From: a candidate division WWE3 bacterium RAAC2_WWE3_1
GTDB taxonomy: Bacteria; Patescibacteriota; WWE3; UBA101185; UBA10185
Assembly (NCBI GenBank): GCA_000503835.1
Contig: CP006914.1
Coordinates: 45,790-109,789 of the forward strand
DNA length: 64,000 nt
Reading direction: 5' to 3'
The position numbers were made by a program, and so were the translations under genes. The first letter of the stretch is position 1. The number at the start of each line of letters is the position of its first letter. This document shows, in pieces, positions 50,481-59,165 of the stretch. The notes beneath the pieces are model-generated. The model saw only the letters and a list, made by a program, of their open reading frames with translations, ran no database searches and was not told the origin of the DNA.

Positions 50481-51754
50481 TCGGAGCGCTAATACAAAAG
50501 GTAAAAAGCAATCAATATTTGATTGGGACGGTTTATATAGGTGCGGGCAGTATTTTCGCGGCAATTTTTTCTTACCTTCTCCAGTTCGTTTTCGGAAGAA
50601 TTCTTTCGGTCGCAGATTTCGGGTCATTTAACGCTTTAATCTCATTAACATATTTAGTCGGAGTTCCCGCGGGGGTGTTCGGTGTTTCACTCGTAAAATA
50701 TGTTTCGGAACTTTCATCAAAACAGGACACAAAAAAACTTACCGCTTTGTACTGGAAACTGCTAGTGCTGTCTCTGTTGCTCGGAGTGGGAATTTCACTA
50801 ATTATATTTTTGTTAAGATCCGGTATTTCGGAGCAGTTAAAGATCTACGATAACAATGCTATTACCGCTTACGCCATACTGATGGGATTATCGTTTGTGG
50901 GGGCCATACCATCTTCGTATCTACAAGGTCTTCTGAGGTATCGTGCCTTCGCATTTTTTAACGTTACCTCCAGCTTTTATCGTTTTGCCTTGTCGGCTTT
51001 AGCTGTTCTACTCGGATTTGAACTGACCGGAGCCTTCGGAGGAATGTTTGTAGCAGGTCTGTTGGCAATAATTACCGCATTTTTTATTTTGCGAAAAAAT
51101 CTCACCGTATTTGAAAACATAAGTTTAGTCGATGACTACAAAAAATTGGTCGCATTCAGTCTGCCGGTAATATTTGTTAATTTCGGACTAATGCTTTTAA
51201 ACAATATCGATCTCATCCTCGTCAAGAAATATTTTGAACCTGAGACAGCCGGTTATTACGCGGGCACCGTAACTTTGGGTAAAATTTTTCTGTTCGGGGC
51301 CGGTGCCGTATCGACAGTAATGTTCCCGACCATTTCCTCTTTGGCAGCCCGTGGGTTAAATTACAGCCGGGCGTTCTTTAAATTTTTATCACTGCAGTTG
51401 GTGTTGGTAGCGGGGGGATTAGTTATCTTCTTCGTTTTTCCCTCGTTCCTTACAAGACTGTTCTTCGGAGAAAGATTTATGAACTCGGTGGAATATCTGC
51501 CGATGTTCTCGCTTTTCATCGGTCTTTATATAGTTATAAATTTTCTCATTCTTTTCTTTTTGGCCGTCAGTAGAACATCGGTGTTCCTTCTTTTGCTACC
51601 CGGGCTTATAGTGCAGTACCTGCTCATAAATTCAAACCACATGACTTTGTACGATATAATCACCGCGGACATATATGCTGGTATAATCAGCCTAGTACTT
51701 CTTACCGCGTTCTTCGTTATAGGAAGCAATGGAAAAAGAACAAAAGAAATCTGA
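50477..51754 (+). CDS. Wzx-like polysaccharide/oligosaccharide flippase (MOP superfamily)
   Basis: 425 aa, 12-14 TM helices. Confidence 0.6.
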   Translation: MIGALIQKVKSNQYLIGTVYIGAGSIFAAIFSYLLQFVFGRILSVADFGSFNALISLTYLVGVPAGVFGVSLVKYVSELSSKQDTKKLTALYWKLLVLSLLLGVGISLIIFLLRSGISEQLKIYDNNAITAYAILMGLSFVGAIPSSYLQGLLRYRAFAFFNVTSSFYRFALSALAVLLGFELTGAFGGMFVAGLLAIITAFFILRKNLTVFENISLVDDYKKLVAFSLPVIFVNFGLMLLNNIDLILVKKYFEPETAGYYAGTVTLGKIFLFGAGAVSTVMFPTISSLAARGLNYSRAFFKFLSLQLVLVAGGLVIFFVFPSFLTRLFFGERFMNSVEYLPMFSLFIGLYIVINFLILFFLAVSRTSVFLLLLPGLIVQYLLINSNHMTLYDIITADIYAGIISLVLLTAFFVIGSNGKRTKEI

Positions 51755-52562
51755 AAAACTAGTTTCGATAATTGTTCCTGCGTACAAACAAGAAAAAACC
51801 ATTAAACAGGATCTTGAAAGTATTCTGAACACTCTGCTTCAGACCAGATGGGAGTTTGAGATTATAGTTGTTGTCGACGGATTTTTAGACAAAACATACG
51901 ATATTGCCAGGTCCTTAGAAAATAAAAAACTAAAGGTTTACGGTTATGAAACAAATAAAGGTAAAGGTTACGCGATAAGATACGGAATGGCACGGGCATC
52001 GGGTGATTACATTTCGTTCATCGACGCGGGAATGGACATAAATCCTAACGGAATATCAATGCTCCTGGAACACATGGAATGGTACGGAGCGGATATTATT
52101 GTCGGGAGTAAGAAACACCCTGTTTCGAAAGTTGATTATCCTCTTGTGAGAAAAATCTATAGCTGGGGTTATCACACTTTGGTGGGGTTGCTTTTCGGGC
52201 TTAAAGTAAAGGATACGCAGACGGGGTTGAAAGTATTTAAAAGAGAAGTGCTTATAAAAGTCCTCCCCCGTTTACTGATAAAAGAGTTTGCTTTTGATAT
52301 CGAGTTATTGTCGGTAGCAAGCCATCTGGGGTTTGTTAATATTTACGAAGCTCCGGTGCACCTCACTATGGATTTCTCCCGGTCTACCTTCTCCCCATTT
52401 TTTCTTCTGGATAAAAACATCAGGAATATGCTTGTGGATACTGCAGCAGTTTTTTACAGGCTTAAAATATTAAAATACTACGACGATTCCAGTAACAGAA
52501 AATGGGTGTATGACAAAGAACTTGACATGAGAATTAACACTGGAGAGTTGAGAAATGAATAG
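51729..52562 (+). CDS. GT2-family glycosyltransferase
   Basis: LVSIIVPAYKQEKTI...VVDGFLD...FIDAGMD. Confidence 0.72.
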   Translation: MEKEQKKSEKLVSIIVPAYKQEKTIKQDLESILNTLLQTRWEFEIIVVVDGFLDKTYDIARSLENKKLKVYGYETNKGKGYAIRYGMARASGDYISFIDAGMDINPNGISMLLEHMEWYGADIIVGSKKHPVSKVDYPLVRKIYSWGYHTLVGLLFGLKVKDTQTGLKVFKREVLIKVLPRLLIKEFAFDIELLSVASHLGFVNIYEAPVHLTMDFSRSTFSPFFLLDKNIRNMLVDTAAVFYRLKILKYYDDSSNRKWVYDKELDMRINTGELRNE

Positions 52563-53568
52563 GTTTAGCATAATTATTCCCGTAAGAAAGTTCAACGAGT
52601 TTTTGAAAGAGAACATTTCACACTTAAAGGAACTGACCTACAGGAATTTTGAGGTAATAATTGTTACCGATGAAAAAGAGAACTACGACTTTCAGGATTC
52701 GAGATTTATTTTAACTAACTCAGGTCCGATTGGTCCGGGTGAAAAAAGGAACCTGGGAGCGGCAAGAGCTACGGGGGACGTTTTGTCTTTTTTGGACGAC
52801 GATGCTTATCCGGAAAAAGACTGGTTGGATAGGGCGGCGGAAATCTTTGAAAATGAGGATGTTTTTGCACTGGGGGGCCCGGCCATAACTCCCAAAGATG
52901 CCAGGTTTTTGGAGAGAATGTCCGGAAGAGTGCTGGAATCGTGGATGGCCAGCGCGGGGACGGTTTATAGGCACAAACCGGGAAAAAATATGGAAATTGC
53001 TGACTACCCCACGGTAAATCTGTTCGTAAGAAAGGACTCTTTTGATAGGGCAGGGGGCTTCCCTGTGGAATTTTGGCCGGGTGAGGACACCAAACTTTGC
53101 CTCGAGCTTGTAAAATCGTACGGGAGAAAATTCGTCTACGATCCAAGACCCGTCGTTTACCACCACAGAAGAAACCTTTTCATTCCGCATCTAAAGCAAA
53201 TATCCAGGTACGGACGCCACAGGGGGCAGTTTGCGAGGATTTTTCCTGAAACCTCCAGGCTTCCTTCATATTTCGCTCCCTCAATGTTCGTGGCAGGATT
53301 GGTGTTAGGCCCGTTTATATCATTATTTATTCCACAATTACTTAAGTTTTATATTTTCGTTGTAGGCGTATATCTTATAATGCTGGTTTTAGAGAGCGTA
53401 AGAGTTTTTCTTAAAGACAAAGATCCGCGCAGTGTCTTTTATGTCGGTGCGGGAATATTTTTAACACACGTTGTATACGGAGTAAATTTCATAATTGGTA
53501 TTATGAAGAAACCTGAGTTAAAATTGAGGAGCGTCGATAAATCATCCGGAAATTATTTAGGAGGATAA
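52555..53568 (+). CDS. GT2-family glycosyltransferase with a C-terminal TM region
   Basis: FSIIIPVRKFNEF...FLDDDAYPE...; hydrophobic C-terminus. Confidence 0.72.
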   Translation: MNRFSIIIPVRKFNEFLKENISHLKELTYRNFEVIIVTDEKENYDFQDSRFILTNSGPIGPGEKRNLGAARATGDVLSFLDDDAYPEKDWLDRAAEIFENEDVFALGGPAITPKDARFLERMSGRVLESWMASAGTVYRHKPGKNMEIADYPTVNLFVRKDSFDRAGGFPVEFWPGEDTKLCLELVKSYGRKFVYDPRPVVYHHRRNLFIPHLKQISRYGRHRGQFARIFPETSRLPSYFAPSMFVAGLVLGPFISLFIPQLLKFYIFVVGVYLIMLVLESVRVFLKDKDPRSVFYVGAGIFLTHVVYGVNFIIGIMKKPELKLRSVDKSSGNYLGG

Positions 53569-53826
53569 ATGGAAGAAGTAACTACATATAAAAATCCAAA
53601 CTCGAAAGTGATAATAAAAGTCATAAATGATAAATGTATAAGTGCGGCGACCTGTATAATTCACGCGCCCGAAACTTTTGATCTCAACCCCGATGGTATT
53701 GTGTACGCGAAAGAAGGAACGTGGGATGAGGCCGAGAAAATTATCAAAGGGGCAAAATCCTGTCCGACAACTGCGATAATTGTCGAAGACCTTGAAGGCA
53801 ACGTGTTGTATCCTGAGAACAAATAG
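53569..53826 (+). CDS. Single-cluster [3Fe-4S]/[4Fe-4S] ferredoxin (Fer4_13/15, P450-partner type)
   Basis: DKCISAATCIIHAPETFDLNPDGIVYAKEG...SCPTTAIIV: a C-x5-C ... CP pattern like actinobacterial Fdx. Confidence 0.7.
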   Translation: MEEVTTYKNPNSKVIIKVINDKCISAATCIIHAPETFDLNPDGIVYAKEGTWDEAEKIIKGAKSCPTTAIIVEDLEGNVLYPENK

Positions 53827-53844
53827 ACAGGTGTCTATATCTTA

Positions 53845-53873
53845 TTGAACTTTCCCGGGGCATTGTATATACT
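53845..53873 (+). promoter_or_regulatory. Sigma70-like promoter: -35 TTGAAC (53845-53850), 17-nt spacer, -10 TATACT (53868-53873), ahead of the radical SAM gene.
   Basis: Hexamers read directly; AAGGA SD 8 nt before ATG 53900. Confidence 0.5.
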
Positions 53874-53899
53874 AAACAGATGAAAAAAGGATTTTTCCG

Positions 53900-55513
53900 A
53901 TGAAAATTGCGATAGGCTACCCTCCAATAGATCAGCTTAAAGGAGTTCCTTTATTATCTCAGAATAGGCAGTTCCAGTATTTCAACGCCCCCACATATAT
54001 TTACCCCATGGTTCCGGCTTATGCGGCTTCTTTGGCCAAAGAACGGGGATACAATGTGGTTTGGATGGACGGAATCTCCGAGAAGAAAACGTACGCAGAA
54101 TGGCTCACCGAGCTTGAAAATGAAAAGCCCGATTATCTTATGATGGAGACCAAAGCTCCGGTTCTAAAGTTCCATTGGAAAATAATAGATGAAATTAAAG
54201 TGAAATTTCCTAACATGAAGGTGGTTTTGGTAGGAGATCATGTTACCTGGAATCCTGTTGAAACGCTGGATGCCTGCAAAGTAGATTACATCATAACGGG
54301 GGGCGATTACGACTTTTTGCTTAGTGATATGGTCGATGCCATTAAAAATAATGCCTTTTTACCGGGTGGAATTTACGGAAGAAAAGAAGACACCGGCGTA
54401 TCGATTGATCCCAAGTGGCTGAAGATGCACAAGTCCGAAATATCCGGAGAAGAAGCATACTTTCAGAGTGGTCCTTTAGAGCTTCAACATAATCTTGATG
54501 ATCTTCCTTTTGTTGACCGTGACCTTACCAAGTGGAAACTTTACGCGTATGCGAACGGAAATTATAAATACACACCGGCGACCTACATGTATTCAGGAAG
54601 GGATTGCTGGTGGAACAGGTGTACCTTTTGTGTTTGGGACCATACACTAAATCCCAAAGGATTTTACAGAAGGTTTTCTCCCGAAAGGCTTTTCGCGGAA
54701 GTTAAACATGTTGTCGATAACTACGGGGTCAAAGAAATTTTTGACGACGCCGGAACCCTGTTTGTAGGACCTCCCCTGAAAAAGTTTTGTGAGCTGTTAA
54801 TAGACTCGGGGTATAACAAGAAAGTTGTTTTCGGGTGCAATATGCGTTTGAATGCTTTAACCTCCGAATATTACCGGTTAATGGGCAAGGCTAATTTTAG
54901 GTTTATTTTATACGGAATGGAGTCTGCGAACCAATTTACTTTAGATAAGCTGGACAAAGGTCTTCAGGTTGAAGAGATTGCGGAAGGTGCCAAAATGGCC
55001 AAAAAGGCAGGTTTGGAGCCCCATATTACAGTAATGCTCGGGTATCCTTGGGAGACTGAGGAAATGGCTCAAAAAACAATAGATTTAGCCAAGGATTTGT
55101 TTAAAAGAGGCTATGTTGACACAATGCAGGCTACAATCGTCATTCCCTATCCCGGAACTCCTTTGTATAAAGAGTGTGTTGAAAAGGATTGGCTGCAGGT
55201 CGGGGCGAAAGATTATGAAAAGTTTGATATGAGGGCGCCGGTCATGAAGATACCTTTTTCGAATGAACATCTGTACGAGCTGACCCAATCACTGTATTCC
55301 TCATTCTTTACCCCTCAGTATATTTTCAGAAAAGTTGTGTCTGTTAGAAATTGGAACGATGTAAGATTTCTCTGGTATTCGGCCTGGAAATTGATAGGCC
55401 ACCTTTTGGATTTTGATAAGGAACAGACTCGGGTAAATTGGTTATCGCCAAAGTTCTGGGGAAATGCGTTAAAAAGTATGTTCGGAACTGCCGCCGTGGC
55501 CAAGAAAGAATGA
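53900..55513 (+). CDS. B12-binding-domain radical SAM enzyme (class B-like) with a non-canonical Cx4Cx2C cluster motif
   Basis: N-terminal B12-binding-like region (DYLMMETKAPVLKFHWKIIDEIKVKFPNMKVVLVGDHVT); SGRDCWWNRCTFCVWDH; downstream radical SAM TIM-barrel blocks. Confidence 0.7.
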   Translation: MKIAIGYPPIDQLKGVPLLSQNRQFQYFNAPTYIYPMVPAYAASLAKERGYNVVWMDGISEKKTYAEWLTELENEKPDYLMMETKAPVLKFHWKIIDEIKVKFPNMKVVLVGDHVTWNPVETLDACKVDYIITGGDYDFLLSDMVDAIKNNAFLPGGIYGRKEDTGVSIDPKWLKMHKSEISGEEAYFQSGPLELQHNLDDLPFVDRDLTKWKLYAYANGNYKYTPATYMYSGRDCWWNRCTFCVWDHTLNPKGFYRRFSPERLFAEVKHVVDNYGVKEIFDDAGTLFVGPPLKKFCELLIDSGYNKKVVFGCNMRLNALTSEYYRLMGKANFRFILYGMESANQFTLDKLDKGLQVEEIAEGAKMAKKAGLEPHITVMLGYPWETEEMAQKTIDLAKDLFKRGYVDTMQATIVIPYPGTPLYKECVEKDWLQVGAKDYEKFDMRAPVMKIPFSNEHLYELTQSLYSSFFTPQYIFRKVVSVRNWNDVRFLWYSAWKLIGHLLDFDKEQTRVNWLSPKFWGNALKSMFGTAAVAKKE

Positions 55514-55544
55514 GTACGCGTTTGAGTACAAAAGTAATCTTCAA

Positions 55545-55590
55545 CTTAAAAAAGAAAAGCCGCGAATTGTTTTTTTAAACATCGCGGCTT
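55545..55590 (-). terminator. Intrinsic terminator for the minus-strand small-ORF operon: 9-bp stem (aagccgcga/tcgcggctt); on the minus strand it is followed by UUCUUUUUUAAG.
   Basis: Inverted repeat and the T-run orientation read directly; no T-run on the plus strand. Confidence 0.55.
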
Positions 55591-55598
55591 TGTAAATC

Positions 55599-55907
55599 TT
55601 AGTTAGCATCGGCGAGCTCAAGTTCGTCGTTAATAACGGGGTCCAGGTGAGCGTCGACAAGTGTCTTATTGTTAATTGACACGGCACTGAAGTCTTTCGG
55701 TAGAGTGCTCACATTCACCAAAACTCCTCGTTTCATCCTGGTCACCTGAACCGTAAAATACCTTTCCTGATCGCGTTCAGGGTTTACATACGAGTTTAGG
55801 TTTATGTACAACCTGCCCCCGCTTTTAATAAAGGCGCCCGGTGAAACGAATACCGTCGTGTTCACGGGTTTGGTACGAAGAGTAACCATCGGATCCGAAA
55901 TATGCAT
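55599..55907 (-). CDS. Hypothetical protein F (102 aa); paralog of protein E
   Basis: AAAGGAGAAAA SD immediately upstream. Shares TV.-VS..F...GG.LYIN and TLP...PV..ELE blocks with E. Confidence 0.6.
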   Translation of the reverse strand: MHISDPMVTLRTKPVNTTVFVSPGAFIKSGGRLYINLNSYVNPERDQERYFTVQVTRMKRGVLVNVSTLPKDFSAVSINNKTLVDAHLDPVINDELELADAN

Positions 55908-55922
55908 TTTTTCTCCTTTCTC

Positions 55923-56216
55923 TTAGTTTGAATAGCCGATGAAGCTTTCTTCCAGCTCAACCGGTCTGAAGTTAAACTGTCTTATCACCCAATTGTCCAA
56001 AACCGGTACTTCAAGAAAGGCAGGTAAGGTACATATAGCTACTGTTACGCTGGCAACGAGCGTGATAATGCGTATCGTTTGTTTGGTCGCCAGATTGCAG
56101 GTCAGGCTCACAATCTCCTCGGAGTTTATGTATAGATCTCCTTCGTAGAATGCAAAGACGTCCTGCGAAACATAAGCTACTGTGTACTTTGGCAGATCGG
56201 CAAGTCTGTACAACAT
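55923..56216 (-). CDS. Hypothetical protein E (97 aa) with one predicted TM helix
   Basis: GAGGAG SD 8 nt upstream; 10-nt gap from gene D; hydrophobic IRIITLVASVTVAICTLPAFL. Confidence 0.55.
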   Translation of the reverse strand: MLYRLADLPKYTVAYVSQDVFAFYEGDLYINSEEIVSLTCNLATKQTIRIITLVASVTVAICTLPAFLEVPVLDNWVIRQFNFRPVELEESFIGYSN

Positions 56217-56226
56217 TCTCGGCTCC

Positions 56227-56454
56227 TCAGACTGATATGTATTTCCTCATTGTTCTGACGTATTCCCGTAACAGGTGTCTGAATCTGACTGTAATCTGCG
56301 GGTCCGTTTCGCAAGAGACGTCGATAAAGAATCCCTTTCTGCTCTTTAATACTTCGACGTTGAGATAGTCCGTTCTGTATTTCTCAGCCGCTAGCAATTT
56401 GATTACGTGATCCACCGCATCCTTCGCGTTCCGGTACGACAAAAAGTACGGCAT
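56227..56454 (-). CDS. Hypothetical protein D (75 aa)
   Basis: AAAGGGGA SD before the internal ATG 56454; the longer form (to 56487) would overlap gene C. Confidence 0.5.
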   Translation of the reverse strand: MPYFLSYRNAKDAVDHVIKLLAAEKYRTDYLNVEVLKSRKGFFIDVSCETDPQITVRFRHLLREYVRTMRKYISV

Positions 56455-56473
56455 CTCGGTCCCCTTTCGGTTA

Positions 56474-56770
56474 TCAGTATGGCTCAAACAACTTCGACAT
56501 GAGCTGTTTGAGAGCTATTACCGGGATGTATTCGCCGGTTGCCAGTTTTTCCCTGCTTATGACGTTATTTTTTGCTTTACTGGTGTCGATGTCCATTGTA
56601 TGAAGAATGGAATGCACCCGCCTGACCAGAATGTCGGACTTACTGTTTCCGGACGGATAGCACATGGTGTTTTGGTTGACGAAGCAAATGCCTCCGTCAT
56701 TCGAGTAAAGATCCTCTTCCCTGATGTACGCAGCCTCCCAATTTCTCAGTTCTCTTACGGCTTTCACCAT
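56474..56770 (-). CDS. Hypothetical protein C (98 aa)
   Basis: AAAGAGAGGAGAG SD 6 nt upstream of ATG 56770; the track's longer 56857 start lacks an SD. Confidence 0.5.
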   Translation of the reverse strand: MVKAVRELRNWEAAYIREEDLYSNDGGICFVNQNTMCYPSGNSKSDILVRRVHSILHTMDIDTSKAKNNVISREKLATGEYIPVIALKQLMSKLFEPY

Positions 56771-57007
56771 ATCGCTCTCCTCTCTTTGGATTATTGTTAT
56801 TGATGGGATTCTATCAGCACAACGGGGTGTTTTCAAATCAGTCGGGGCAATATGCATTTTACGTTATGCACAGTCCTTATTTTTCATAAAATTTGCATTA
56901 AAAAATGGTTGGGTATAGTGAGTGCTATCTCCCGCGAAAAGTAATAATTCTTCCCAATTAATAGGATATACTACTCATCGAAAATCATGTCCAGTTTAGA
57001 TTTCCAT

Positions 57008-57047
57008 TTAAAAAAGAGGCCCGTTGTGTTTTGTTGGAACAACGGGC
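57008..57047 (-). terminator. Intrinsic terminator after hypothetical gene B: stem gcccgttg/caacgggc, then CUCUUUUUUAAA on the minus strand.
   Basis: Read directly; the U-tract is only on the minus strand. Confidence 0.55.
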
Positions 57048-57073
57048 TTTAGGCTCTAATAATAAACCTGGTT

Positions 57074-57304
57074 TTACTTGGCCGGGGTAAAGCAAATTGT
57101 TTTCCGGTTGGTCTTTTCACAACAGGCATTGTGGTGTTTCAAAGCAGTTACGAAGTTTTTTGCCTGTTCCGGTGATTCGGAGTAAAAAGTGATACGACTG
57201 CGCTCAGCATCTACGTCATAGTGCTGGTTTTCAAACACATGCACTTTCACTCCGACCTCCATTGCCCGTCCTAAATCATCAGGTCCACTGAAATTAATTC
57301 TCAT
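57074..57304 (-). CDS. Hypothetical protein B (76 aa)
   Basis: AAGGGAGG SD upstream; the terminator follows. Confidence 0.5.
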   Translation of the reverse strand: MRINFSGPDDLGRAMEVGVKVHVFENQHYDVDAERSRITFYSESPEQAKNFVTALKHHNACCEKTNRKTICFTPAK

Positions 57305-57381
57305 TGCCTCCCTTACCTTTCTGTGCCGGTTTACTTTCTGAAATAGGTTCCAACTCTTAGTTTTTGGGTTATTCTTCTACT

Positions 57382-57600
57382 TCAAGAAATCTCCTTTCTC
57401 GCCTCCCGGACAAGCTTGTACGATGCTCCTGAAATGCCCGACATAACCAGCTCCCTTATCAGGAAATCGGCTTCATGTCCTTCGCATAAACTTATCAGGA
57501 GTTTGGGGGAGTCGTAGAGCCAGGGAAAATCGCTTTTACGAAGTAATTCCAGACCCGCAGAAAACGCTTCCTCCGTTAAGAAGTAAAAGTCGTACGTCAT
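57382..57600 (-). CDS. Hypothetical protein A (72 aa)
   Basis: AAAGGGAGG SD 5 nt upstream of the ATG; weak similarity to proteins D and C (SCE...R.LxRE). Confidence 0.5.
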   Translation of the reverse strand: MTYDFYFLTEEAFSAGLELLRKSDFPWLYDSPKLLISLCEGHEADFLIRELVMSGISGASYKLVREARKEIS

Positions 57601-57670
57601 GTAGCCTCCCTTTCGTGTCGATTTATTGACAACAGTCTATCAAATCTTGGTGTTATAGTAAAATTAGTAA

Positions 57671-58102
57671 ATGTACATAATACTCACGGAAATGGGACAC
57701 CTGAGCCTTTCTTTATTGATAGGATACGCGTGTTTTAAGATTTTTAGACGCATTTCCGGCTTCGTACCGGCTTTATTATCGGGATTTTTTGTGGATTTTG
57801 ACCACCTGATCGATTATTTTATTCACAAAGGGTTGAGCTTTGATGTAAGCAACTTCATTTCCGGGCGGCATTACCATGAAACCAATACTTCTTATATATT
57901 TTTTCATAGCTGGGAACTTGTTTTGTTCCTGGGTGTCCTTACTTACTATTCGAAGAAAAAATATATTTGGTGCCCTTTAGTTCTCGGACTGACGTTTCAT
58001 TTATTGTGGGATTACTTAACGAATCCGGTTCACTGGTATACGTACTTTTTTACCGCGAGATATTTACTGGGCTTCGCGCTGGATAAACTTTTCGTTTTCT
58101 AG
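57671..58102 (+). CDS. Membrane-bound metal-dependent hydrolase, YdjM/DUF457 family
   Basis: GHLSLSLL..., DFDHLIDY, HSWE..., HLLWDYLTNP: His/Asp motif pattern in a 4-TM protein. Possible extended -10 TGTTATAGT at 57651-57659. Confidence 0.5.
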   Translation: MYIILTEMGHLSLSLLIGYACFKIFRRISGFVPALLSGFFVDFDHLIDYFIHKGLSFDVSNFISGRHYHETNTSYIFFHSWELVLFLGVLTYYSKKKYIWCPLVLGLTFHLLWDYLTNPVHWYTYFFTARYLLGFALDKLFVF

Positions 58103-58121
58103 GTTGTAGTACAATATACAA

Positions 58122-59159
58122 ATGGAAAAACCCACAGTGTCGATTTTAATACCGACATTAAACGCAAGTTCGGTGTTGGGGAATTGCTTGGAATCCATAA
58201 AAAAACAAAATTACCCGGCTGAAAAAATCGAAATTATTGTAGCTGACGGCGGTTCTTCTGATGGAACAGTTGAGATAGCCAAAAAGTATGGGGCGGTTGT
58301 TGTTGAGAACAAATTAAAAACAGGAGAAGCGGGAAAGGCAGCGGCGCTAAGGGCTGCAGGCGGAGAGTTTGCGGCGCTTATTGATTCGGATAACATTTTA
58401 CCCGACGGGAGTTGGCTAGAGCAGATGATTGAGCCTTTGCTGGAGCATGAGGAGGCAGTGGGAAGCGAACCGTGGCAGTACGTGTGGCGAAAAGAAGATG
58501 GGTTTATTGACAGGTATTGTTCTTTAATTGGGATGAATGATCCTTTCGTGATGTTTTTGGGAAATTATGATCGGGTGAACATACTGACAGGAAAGTGGAC
58601 GGAGGTTAAGCATGACGAAAAAGATTTCGGAGATTATTTATTGGTGGGTTTGGATAAAAGAGGAGTTCCGACAATCGGTGCTAACGGAACTGTGTTCAGA
58701 AGCGGGTTCTTGAAGAATAGGGTGAGAGGGGACTACCTATTCGACATTGATATTCTGGCGAAGGAGATAAAGGAAAAAGGGTTTGTGAAATTTATTAAAG
58801 TTAAGAATGGGATTATTCATAATTTTTGCGGAAGAGACGCTGGGAAGTTTGCGAGAAAACAAAGGAGGCGCGTGAAAGATTACCTTTTTCATTTGAATAA
58901 AAAGGGTGGCAGGGAGTTCGGATGGGGCGAGATGGACTTGGGAGGGCAGAGACCGTGGGGTATGATGAAGTTTGTGCTTTATACTTTGTTGGTGGTGCCG
59001 GTGGTGGGGCAGGCTATTTTAGGATTTTTAAAAAAGGCAGATTTCGCGTGGTTTTTTCATCCGGTTGCGTGCTGGATTACTTTGTGGGAGTACGGGTGGG
59101 GTCGAGTTGGCGGTTATTTTAAGACAGCGGAGTTGAGTAGGGAGGGGTGGGGGCAGTGA
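58122..59159 (+). CDS. GT2-family glycosyltransferase
   Basis: VSILIPTLNASSVLGNCLESIKKQNYP...IIVADGGSSDGT...LIDSDN. Confidence 0.75.
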   Translation: MEKPTVSILIPTLNASSVLGNCLESIKKQNYPAEKIEIIVADGGSSDGTVEIAKKYGAVVVENKLKTGEAGKAAALRAAGGEFAALIDSDNILPDGSWLEQMIEPLLEHEEAVGSEPWQYVWRKEDGFIDRYCSLIGMNDPFVMFLGNYDRVNILTGKWTEVKHDEKDFGDYLLVGLDKRGVPTIGANGTVFRSGFLKNRVRGDYLFDIDILAKEIKEKGFVKFIKVKNGIIHNFCGRDAGKFARKQRRRVKDYLFHLNKKGGREFGWGEMDLGGQRPWGMMKFVLYTLLVVPVVGQAILGFLKKADFAWFFHPVACWITLWEYGWGRVGGYFKTAELSREGWGQ

Positions 59160-59165
59160 ACTACT

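Noticed and set aside
55939-56918. Plus-strand ORFs (55939..56148, 56150..56368, 56600..56803, 56724..56918) in the small-ORF island
   Set aside because: The minus-strand set is non-overlapping, each ORF has a GGAGG SD, and the terminators only function in the minus orientation. The plus-strand ORFs lack SDs and overlap each other.
57074-57600. Toxin–antitoxin interpretation of the small gene pair A/B (72 + 76 aa, own SDs and terminator)
   Set aside because: Size and organisation are TA-like, but no recognisable toxin or antitoxin motifs (RHH, HTH, PIN, RelE, MNT/HEPN) could be seen by eye. It is kept only as a hypothesis under the island finding.
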